In this document: positions 13,301-24,800 of the stretch, piece by piece
Layout of the letters: each line of letters opens with the position of its first letter
Numbering within the stretch: position 1 is the first letter of the stretch
Assembly (NCBI GenBank): GCA_964016885.1
Contig: OZ024741.1
Span: forward strand, 198,710,001-198,774,000
Direction: 5' to 3'
DNA: 64,000 bases
Source of the DNA: Eledone cirrhosa
Lineage: Eukaryota
Program-made: the position numbers and the translations under genes
The notes under the pieces: model-generated
Seen by the model: only the letters and a program-made list of their open reading frames with translations
Told to the model about the DNA's origin: nothing
The model's database searches: none

Positions 13301-16300
13301 CAAATATTTATTTGGATGATCTACACATGCCTGTAATTTTACACATTACACTGGATCAATAAGGATAAACTCCATTTACTAACAGGTGAATATTATTTAT
13401 TTTTTATACTTTCAAAGAAACCCTCTAAAGAGAGAATCTTCTTCCAGTATTGCCTGTCTTAATTTATTAAGATGGCCAATGCTGTTTCTTGATTTTCAAA
13501 TTGCAGTCAGAGAAAAGATGTGAGTGAAGCTTTCTTCTATTAGTTGGCTTTACTAGCAATCTACATGTCCAGTAACCTTGCATAAGTTATTCTATATATG
13601 TATATAAATATATATATGGACAAATATATATTTGATATCAACATGTTTTGATTGATTTATCTTTTGACCAATTTGCTCTTCAGCCAATATGGATTTCAAC
13701 CAATGTTTTTAATTAATGTGCCTAAACCCAAATAAATAAAAGAAGTAAATTAGATCTATAAAATAAAAAGATTCCAACAAATTTTAAAAGTATAATCTTT
13801 AGACATAAACCTACCTGTTCTTGTTTTTTAAGCTCAATTTCTTGTACAGTCAGGTTTTCAGAACCTTTTTCAGAATGTTTCTTCTTCTTCTTCTCTTTTT
13901 TCTTTTCAGTTTTTGATTCTTAAAGTATATAATTAAATAGTGATTGAGGAACTAAATACTGTCAATTTTTCACAATATTTTAAATATCTTGCCATCTTAC
14001 AGATTGTAATTTGATAAGGAATAAACAAAACATTTTTAATGCTTACAAATATTAGAGATTACAAAAACATTTGAATAAGAAAAATCTTTAAAAGAATTCA
14101 AACAAATTATTTGTTAACCCTTTCATTACGATATTTTTAATGATAAACACTGCCCATAATTTTCAATTAATTTTGTAAATAATCAAGAATTTGAAGGATT
14201 TACTAATATAACTAACTTTATCATTATCAGGCTAGTGTTTGGAACATAAAGGTTCTTACATAAAATTATAATCGAAAGTTTTTAGATAAATATAAACACG
14301 TTAAAATAGATACCTTGTGAAAGAAAGAAATTGGAAATAAAATAAAGGCTAAACTTACTGTTATTGGCATTAGAATTAAGTTCACTGCTGAAATAAGGAT
14401 CATTTAAGTCTACATCAGCTGGCATGTCATCATCACTGAATAAAGATTTCTCATCAGAATTTTCTTTCTTAGCAGCCTGAAAGAAGCAAACAAATAAAAC
14501 AGATTCTATAGATAGCAGGAAAACAGGGAAAATGGACGTTAAATCTTGATGATGATGATCTGGGCCAAAGACAATGTACAGCATTGATTATGAGACAGAA
14601 ATTGTTGAGTCAGCAATCCGACACCCAATTGAGATAGTGTTTTAAGAAAGGGGGACAAATTTTATAAAAACAGAAGTACCTTTCGTGCAGACTTTTTCTC
14701 CTTCCGTTTTGTTTTTACTTTCTCAAGGTAGTCTAACCAAGGTGTTGAATTTTGCTTCGTATTTCTTTTCTTGAGAATGCTTTCTGTCTTTTCTTTTAGA
14801 CCTTAAATACAAATGAAAACTGAATGAAGAAACAGGTATAATATTATTCTGCTTGTCATTATATGTGTTCCAGTTACACTCTTTACCTTACCTAAGGAAT
14901 GAAATTTTTAGCCCTTTCATTACCATATTTCTAATGAAAGACACTGCCTATGTACTCCAATAAATTTTGAAAATAACCAAAGATTTTGAGAAATTTCTTA
15001 AAATAAATAACAATTGTAAGCTGATATTCAGAACATTACATAACAAAGATGTCTAAAATAAAATTATGAAGAAAAGATAAATATTTAAATGATTAAATGA
15101 GCAGTTTTGTATAAAATCCAGTTCCAGGTGATTTGGGATCAAATGGATTAACAGGTTAACAAAGAGAAATATTTGAGCGTTTTGCTTTGACTATGGTGAC
15201 ACACCTGCATGGCTGCAGTTTCATGACTAAAAAGATTATCACATAAAATTGAAGTCAATTGAAATCTTTAACATAATGAAACAATATTTTGAAAATCTAT
15301 AAATCTAGGATTAAAAGTTCATGAATAATCAGGTCAAATCCACTAGGTGTTTCACTGAAGCAAGACACTTTATTTCATAAGCCATAATTTATTTGAAGAA
15401 AGGGAATAAGTAGCAAAAACGTAGCTCAACCCATATTAGAAAATAGAATTGCTGGTGTTACAAGAAAATGCACTCAGCCCACATTGGGAAGTAGAAGTGC
15501 TGGTGTCACGAATCAAATCAATTACATACCTGGATGATTATCAACATCAATCAATCAATTAATTACATACCTGGCTCCCATGTTATTTCCATCTCAATAT
15601 TTCCTTGTTTTTTCTTCTTTACATCTTCTTCGGCAGCTTCAAGTAACATTTTGTATTTGCTCATTTTTGATTCACTTTCTTCTTCATTCTCACTATTACT
15701 TCCAGCTGAACATTCATTATCATTATCATTTATAACTGTATTAACTTCTACAAAACACAAACAAGAATGTTATCTTTTAGTTGTTGCCCCCATCTTCAAT
15801 AGTGTCGATAAAAGATAGGTCCTAGATAAAATATAACCCAAAGTTCAGTTTCAGCAAGAATCCCTATTCAAGCTAAGTTTAGGCCAAGAGAGAAGGATAT
15901 CTGCAACTGTCTATTCTACATGATTTCTAATTTAGACACAAAGCCAACAATTTGAGGGGAGGGCAAAATACATTATGCCGACCCAGTACATGGCTGGTAA
16001 TATATTCCATTGACCCTTGGAAGGATGAAAGGCAAAATTGACCTCTGTAGGATTTGAACTCAGGTGCCACGGCAAAAAAGCACCCAGCCCACACTGTAAA
16101 GTGGACGTGTAGGCGCCACGAAAAAGCACCCAGCACTCACTGTAAATGAGGTTGGTGTTAGAAAGGGCATCCAGCTGTAGAAATCAAGCCAAATCAGTTC
16201 CTGTATGAGCAAGGCATGGTCAGCCGACCAGACACTGCCCACAACAGGACAACCCGTCTAACTCATGCTAGCATGGAAGAACGGACATAAAACAGTGATG

Positions 16301-19300
16301 ATGATGATGAACATCAAAGGTTGTAACTATTTTGTCCAACACTCTAACAATTCTGCCAATCTATCACTCTGTGAATGTCTTACAATGAAATACTTTACAA
16401 GCAGCCTAGTGAATATCTTCCTGTTTGTTAGCGATTCCCAAACAATAGCTCAATCTATATAGCAGTTTTGTGTAATTGTGAAGGTACATGGTTAGGGTGT
16501 TTAACTCACAATCATAAGGGCTAATTTCAAATGTTGGTGGCACACTGTGTCCTTGAGCAAGACACTTTATTTCCCATGGCTCCAGTCCCTTCAGTTGGAA
16601 AAAAATGAGTTGCATCTTTAATTCAAAAGGCAAGCCTTGCCACACACTCTTTGAGAGTTATGTTAAGGGTACACTTGCATGTGAAATGCTCAGCAACTTG
16701 CATGTTAATTTCATGATCTAGCTGTTCTGTTATCCAAACAACTGAACACTTGGTACAATACTGTATGTTATTAATTTGTTATAATACATGTCACTAATTG
16801 TGCATATATTTAATTAGTTAATTATTAATCATATCATTGATTAACTGCTTCCAGTCATTAATTCTTGGAAAGATGAAAAATAATACCTTCATTTTCACTC
16901 TCTTCAGAACTCGAAGCTAAGTAGGCTTTAAAGTCATCCATTAAAATATCATCCTTCTTTGAAAATTTTTTGGTGGTGAATTCTACCCTGTGCCGATTAG
17001 TTTCATCCCAGCTCAAGATCACCTATAAAAAAACAACAACAAAACATCTGTCTAAAGAGATTTAAAATATTTTAACAACATATATACATATGTGTTGGTG
17101 TATCTCAAGTGAACAATACTAACCCAGCAACAAAGCTAGTAGACTGCAGCCATGTACTATTGCCATGGCAACTATTCTAATAATAATACTAACACTAATT
17201 TTAATTCTAACCCTAACTTTAGATCTCACACACTCAACTTTCTACAACTACCTTAACCTAAACAAACAATAAAATCCGAAGCATATACCGATTTAAACAG
17301 GTTTTAGTTTGTTTATTGCATTTCATTACATCCTAGCTTCTTCTCCACTCCCTGTAGTTGACTCTTCTTATTTTGCCCTGAACTGCACTACGGAAAAAAC
17401 TACACAATCCACTATATATACATATGTTTAATAATGAATGGTTCCAAGATTACAAGTAAGGATAACAAAATAATTGAATAAAGAGAGGCAAGTCTGACTG
17501 TGGGGCTAAGAAATTTGCTTTGAAACTACAGAGTTTGAGATTCCATCCCACTGAGTAGTGGATAGTGACTTCTACCATAGCCTAGTGTTGATCAATACCT
17601 TGTGACTGGCATTTAGTAAACCGAAACTGCACAAAAGCCTGTCATGTGTGTGCTTTGTGCCAATGTATTAGGTTGAACAGAAAGTTCTTGCTGTTTTTCA
17701 AATTTATATTGACTAGTATTCTTTAACATTAGGAAAATTTTACAAATCAAAATAATCACCAACATTTGCGATTACCATCTACCATCATTTAGGAAGGCAC
17801 ACGATTTCATCAGCCACTGATTTAAATGGTCTTTATTGGCTAAGGTCTTTGACTGCATTGCTCATTGAAATAAAAAGGCGATACTATGAGCACATTATGT
17901 CAGGCAAACGAGGCAGGTGGAGCAGAACCTCTCAATCTAGCTACAACAGCTTCACACAGATCATGCTTGATGTATGTGGCCAAGTGTTATCATGAAGGAA
18001 TTGAACAGGACCATGGTGTGGGTGCACCTGTGCGATTTTTGCTGCTAATCTGTCAAGTTGTTTTCAACAGATGTCAGAGTTTATACTGCTGTTCAGTGGG
18101 AGCAGTTCATAGTAAATGACACCTTTTCAGTCCCACGGGACGCTCAGTAGGGCCTTGCGAGGGTAGAAGCCAGGCTTTGCTTGCTGTTGTGGCATGCCCT
18201 CTTCATTAACCAATGATCACTTGCGCTTGACATTAATGTAGAGACACCATTTTTCATCATCAGTGACAATGGAATGTAACCAGTTGGTTGTGCAATGGTT
18301 GGAAATAAGAGAAGTTACAGCTGCCGCCTGACATTCACGATTACAGTAAGTCAGTTAGATTGTAAGGCACCCATTGGGGTTAGCTTGAACACTTTCCTTA
18401 TTGCATGCAAGTAATTGAAGATGGTTGTTTTTGATGCTTAAGCACTTTGCAGAGTTGATGTGATGTCTGTGATGTTTGTTATTGAAGTCGGATGGACTTA
18501 CAGAGCGAGGTCAATCTTCAAGGCTGTAATCACCAGAATGGAAGCATGTGAACCAGTCTCTGGCACTGCATTCAGACATGGTGTGTGATCCAAATGCATA
18601 GTTAATGCGATAACTCGATGCTGCTGTGCTTAGACCAGATTTGAAGTCATAAAGTAAACAGCCAGGAATAAATGATTTGGATAGATCCATGTTGCTTCAC
18701 CTTTGACGGCGTAACAGAAAATGTGAAATGCACATCAATACATACCAACGGCACTCCTTATATATATGCTTATGTGTAACCTTCAACATTTCCAGAAAAT
18801 TCTACCAAAATACCTCCTCTTGAAAAACAGCAGGCACTTTCTGTCCAATGCAATACATAAATGAAGCATGTAAACATTGTATTGAAAAACAAATGCTCCC
18901 AATATATGCTGTAAAGTGGTTAGCATTAGGAAGAGCATCCAGCTGTACTGCTGGAAAAATCAAACAGAAAATGGAGTGTATTAGCAAAGCATGGTCATCT
19001 GACCAGTCTAGCCACAGTACGCGACAGCCCCGCTAACCCATGCAAGCATGAAAAATAGACATGTGATGATAATAATTCTCTGAGATATTGAAGATGTTGA
19101 AGATGTATTTGAAAAAAATTGGCTTTACCGTAGAAGAGCTCATAGCATTGCTCACAAATTGGTTTGGTCTGTATTGGTCTTTGGAAGGCATTTCAGTACA
19201 AGTGTCTCGAGGAGTCTCAGTAAATTCCATATCATTGGGTATAAATCTGCAAATTTCAGAAAAAGGTTATGATTATAAAATATTAAATTTCATGGAAAAG

Positions 19301-21827
19301 GTTTAAAATGAATTAATTTAGTAAGTTAAGGACTCTTCAGTTGTATCAAAGATATGACAACCTACTTAGTGTAAATACATCCAGTACTCTCTGTAAAGTG
19401 GTTTGTGATAAGAAGGGCATCTAGCCATAGAAAACCTGCCAAAAAAAGAATTGAAAGGACCCAGCAGTTGTATCAAAGACATAACAATCTTCCTAGTCTT
19501 CTCAATACGTTTTTGGCATAGTTTCTACAGCGGATGCCCCACCTATCAGCAACTACCTTTCAAGGTGAACTGGGTGTGTTTTTCATGGTACCAGCACTAT
19601 AAGGGTTGTCGTGTTGTATCTGAAAGGTCCTCTCAACCCTTTTTTGGTATGGTTTCTATGGTTGGAAGCCCTTTCTAACAACAACCACTTTACGAAATAT
19701 ACTGGGTGAATTCTATTGTGGTACCAACACTATGGAGGTTGTCTGTTGTTTATAATATAATATTTCACCAAAGTCCATAAGTTTGTTACACATGGAGTGG
19801 ATTGTCGTCAACTGTTAACTACCTGCAGTAGATAAATAGGTGAGATAGGAGGAACCTTCATGACAAATGTAATCCCAGGGAACAAGCTGGTTACACACCA
19901 TATTTTTAGCGTCCACAGGTGAGAGGATTATTAAATAATATGGCAGCTACATTTCAGTGTAATGTTTCCATGGAGGGAGCTGTAAACAGAGAGGATGTTG
20001 AGCTGGATCTTGGAAATGGCATGAAGATGAAAGGTGGGAAAACATTTTGTTACTAAGGAGACATTAAATGGAGAAGGTGGATTGGGCTCGGCTAGTTGGT
20101 AGATTGGTAGCTAGAATGAGATGTTACAAGAACTGAATGTCATGTTAACGAGGGGAGTACCACTGAAACTAAAGGAAAAGGAGTATGTATGGGAATGAAA
20201 CATGAGGGATGAATGTGAATCAGCAGAGAAGGCTAGAAAGAAGAGAAATGAGAATGGTTCAGTGGATGAGCAGAGTATCACACAAGAAGTGGAAGACAAA
20301 CAAGGAATTGCAGAGGATGATGAGAATAGAGCCAACAGATGGTTTGGTCATGTGTTGAGGAAGAATGAATGTGACTGGGTGAGAGTAGTGATAGAAATGA
20401 AAGTGGAAGAAAGTAGAGGAAGGAGAAAACCAAGAAAGACATGGCTAAAGATGAAGGAGAAGGAAAATGAATGAGGGGGTGCAGAGAATAGGACACAATG
20501 GAGAATCCTGTCATATATAAGAATCATGTTAACTTAATATTTTATAGAGTATATTATATATGAAGGGTCATGAAATTGTTAAAATATTAACAAAGGACAA
20601 CAACTAATATTTGACAGACATAGTTATATAATTTACCGCATGTCGAAGCAGCTCCTACTTTGTTCATATTCAGTGCCATCAAGTTCCTTATAAATGTAAT
20701 TGGCAGTGTCTACTGAATCACATTCCACCACAGCATAGTAATATTTCATTCGATTAATTTCATACTGACGTAGCTTTTCATTGTGGAAGGTATTTCCTAC
20801 AAAGATAGAAGCAGTGAAGGAAATTCATATATTGATAGAGTCATGTAAGTTGATTAAAATACCTTAGTATATGAATTGGTAATATTTTACTGATCTTAAA
20901 AAGAAGTGACAAAACAACATACAGACACACATATTTATACATATATACACACACCCACATACATATATATATTCTTTATTATGGTAAGTGATGAGATTTG
21001 TTACTCTGTTGTTTCATCTGTATACTCACAGGATCATCATCTTGTCTGATGATTCTGTGTACTCAGTACACAGATGTAACTCCAGAGTAACAAGACTCAT
21101 CACTTAGCTATAATAAAGAATATTTAGACTCTACTTAGGTATTCAATCTAACATCTGTCAATATGACATTGCCAATTGTTTTACACCATGGTCTGATGAT
21201 GTTAACAGGTCACAGAAATATGTATTATGTAATTATGTAACAATTAGGTAAGTTATTGGAATCCGGCTTCTTCATATTTTCATTGAAGTATATCATCATC
21301 ATCGTCGTTTCTACATCCCCCTTGCATGGGTTGGACAAATATATATATATGTATACAATTCCTGCCTATCAAATACACAGGCCCAAGGTATCATGGAACT
21401 CATAATTACCTTCTTCAGCTTCACTGTCATTGCTCTCAATATCTGACTCATTTTTTATTATTTCAGCCAATTCAGGTGGACCTTTCATATTTTCCTCTGC
21501 TATTCTTTTCAGTCCAAATTCCGATGGATATATCTACAAAAACAAATTGCATATTTAACCCTTTTGATACCCACTCAAAACTGCCTCTGTTTCATAGAAA
21601 CAAAACTATTCATTTTAAAGGGTTACTATTTAAATTAAAATCTGTAGCTTGAGCACTCAGATGAGGAAAGACCCCAGAGTAATAACATTACGTTCAGACA
21701 GCTTAGCAAATCAGATATAGCGTTCGGCAGTCCAGCCGCATCACTAGAGCAACGAAAATACAGGACCCAGGAAAAGTAAAATCTTCCAATATAATTTCAT
21801 ATAAGAACCATACATTAAATTGTTACA

Positions 21828-21859
<32 letters not shown>

Positions 21860-24800
21860 CTTTCCTCATCTGAGTGCTCAAGCTACAGACCGATTATGCA
21901 TATACGCTAGCTTGGCCGTATTCTAAAGCTTCGTCAATGCTGTACTAAAATTTATATATATATATATATATATAGTTTGGAATAACAGAAAACAAAAAAA
22001 AACCAGACAAGCGCAGGAGTAAATGTTACAAATATTATTAGTTTCACGCTAGGTGAGAGTGGGGTGTGTGGTTGCGATGTTTCAGGCATAAGCCCTTCAT
22101 CAGGAGAGTGGTGGGGAAGAACTCTGAGGAGTGAGAGGGGAGTTAGCGAGAAAAGTAGAAGAAAAATCAATTGAAAATGGAACATAAAGTGGAAAGTAGA
22201 AGTTATAAAAAAAACACAGAAAATCAAAAGGTGAGAGGGGTGTATGGATCCAAGAGGGCACGGGTGTGGTGGTGTGTGAGAGGTGGGTGGAGGAGGAGAG
22301 AGAGAGGGAGAGGAGAGAGGGGAGAATGAAAAATGGAGTCCGAGTGGGGATGGCAGAAGGTGTGTGTGTATGTGTGGATGTAAGTGTGAGTGTCTGGGGG
22401 AGTGCAGTTGTATGTGATTGTGGGTTTTGAAAAACCATTGTGTATGTTGGAGTGGAGTGTATCTATGTGTGTGCATAGTCCCTGTATGGGTGTAGGTGTG
22501 TGTGAGTGTGTGTGTGTGTGAGTGTGTGTGCGTGTGCGTGTGGATGGAAAAGAGTCGGATGGGGGTGAGGGGAGATTGTGTGAGATCCGGAGGCAGTGTG
22601 GGATGGAGTGTGGGTGTATGTGAAGATGTGCATGTGTGTGTGTGTTTGTCTGGTTAAGAGAGGATGATGTGGGTTCGTGTGAAATGTATGGTTGCGTGTG
22701 TGTGTGTGAAAATGGTGCAAGTGTTTGTGTGTCTAAATTTCTGAATGGATGTCGGTGAGTATATATATTGAGATGTAGTGGGATAGCAGGCAAACTAACA
22801 GGTAGGGAGAAATACGTATGCAGTAGATGTACAGGAAAATTAAACAGTAGAAGTCGCATTGATAGACACATTTTTCAAATGCAGGCGGGTGCAATAGAAG
22901 TGGTGGATAGCTTCCGGTACCTAGGAGATCAGATTAGCATGGGAGGGGGGTGTTCCAAGGCCATAGTATCTAGAATAAGGATGGGTTGGAAGAAGTTTAG
23001 GGAGCTACTTCCTCTGCTGACGAAGAAGGGTTTCTCCCTGCGTACGAAAGGCCGGTTATATGATGCCTGTGTGAGGAGCGCGATGCTGCATGGTAGTGAG
23101 ACATGGGCAGCAACTGCAGAGGATATACGACGGCTGGAGAGAAATGAGGCAAGCATGCTCCGTTGGATGTGCAATGTCAATGTGCGTGAACGACCCAGCA
23201 TGGATGTGTTGAAAGAGAAACTGTTTGAGATGGATAGAATGTAGTGTGCGAGAGAGGACACTGCAGTGGTATGGACATGTGATGCGCATGGAGGATGACC
23301 ATTGGGTGAAGAAGTGCCAGGAAATGCCAGTTGAAGGAAGACATGGTAGAGGTAGACCACGAAAAACATGGGCAGAGGTGGTGAGAACAGACCTCAGATG
23401 GCTGAAGCTCACGGTGGAGATGACGAAGGACCGTGACAAGTGGAGAGATGCTGTGCTGAATAAGACCCGTCCCACCCTTGCAAGCAGGGAAAAGCGGACG
23501 TAAAATGGTGATGATGATGATATCATCATCACCATATTACGTCCATTTTCCACGCTAGCATGGGTTAGACGAGTTGTCCTGTTGTGGGCAATGCTAGGTC
23601 AGGTGACCATGTCTTGCTCATACAGAACTAATTTTGGGTTGGTTTCTACAGCTGGATGCCCTTCCTTATACCAACTTCATTTACAGTGAGACTGGGTGCT
23701 TTTTGTCGTGACACCTAAATGACCACTTTAAAGAGTGGGCTGGGGACTTTGGTCGGAGGTGTGTGGGGATTGGGGAGGTGGGTATATGGCCGTGTGTGAA
23801 GGGCAGTGTTAGGACATGAGAGGTGAATGGAAGGGGAGGATGAAGGTGAAGATGGTGCACACTAGATGCATGCTTCAGCCTGTGCTCATGTTAGGTGTAT
23901 GGAAGGGGTGGGGGTGGAGGTGAAGGTGGTGTATACTATATGTATGTTTCAGCCTGTGCTCATGGGAAGGCGAGTTTTCTGTGTTACTGCATAACGCTAG
24001 AAATCTCGGTCCAGTGTCATCGCCTTTGAGAAGTGCAATTGTGCTAGGTCAGCTTTTATCACCTCATCTCAAGTCCTCCCAGTCCATGGCTGCCATCAAA
24101 TTTGAGTGCTCTGCACCTTTTTATATAGCTGTCATCCTTCATACGCATCATATGTCTATACCAATGCAATCTCCTCTCCTGCACATTGCATCTGATTTCT
24201 CTGATGCCTAGTTTCTTTCTCAGTTCGTTTATGCTATGTCGTTTATCTATATTACTATTTCACATCCATCGGAGCATGCAAGCTTCATTTCTTTCCAATC
24301 TTCACAAGTCCTCTGCACACAGTGCTCAAGCCTCACTACCATGCAGCATAGCTGTTCATATGCACGCATAATACAGTCTGCCTTTGATTTTGAGGGCAAA
24401 GCCTTTTGTAGCTAGCAGTGGTAGTTGCTCCCTGAACTTCTTCCAGCCTGTTCTCACTCTGGCTACTGTACTTTTGGAACACTCACTTCCACTGCTAATT
24501 TGGTCACCCAGGTAGCAGAAGCCGTCTACTGTTTCTACTGAAACCTCCCAGAATTTGGTAGCACTTGTTTGCTGCTTACTGTCCTGGTGCAACTGCTACA
24601 TGTAAAGCCTACATTCTTAGCTAAACTTTCCAAGATCCCAGTACATCTCTTGAGTACCCATAATTTGCATTTGAGACAGAGGATGGAATTTCTACCAACA
24701 CATTCCCTACACACTGAGCAAGGCCATTTCCCAGAAGGGATCAGGGCTTTGTTTTCCCTTCTACTTACTAGGACCTTAGTTTTTATCATGTTGACTTTAG

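Noticed and set aside
21952-22871. His/Thr/Pro-rich ORFs of 112-215 aa
   Set aside because: Translations of (GT)n/(GA)n low-complexity sequence.
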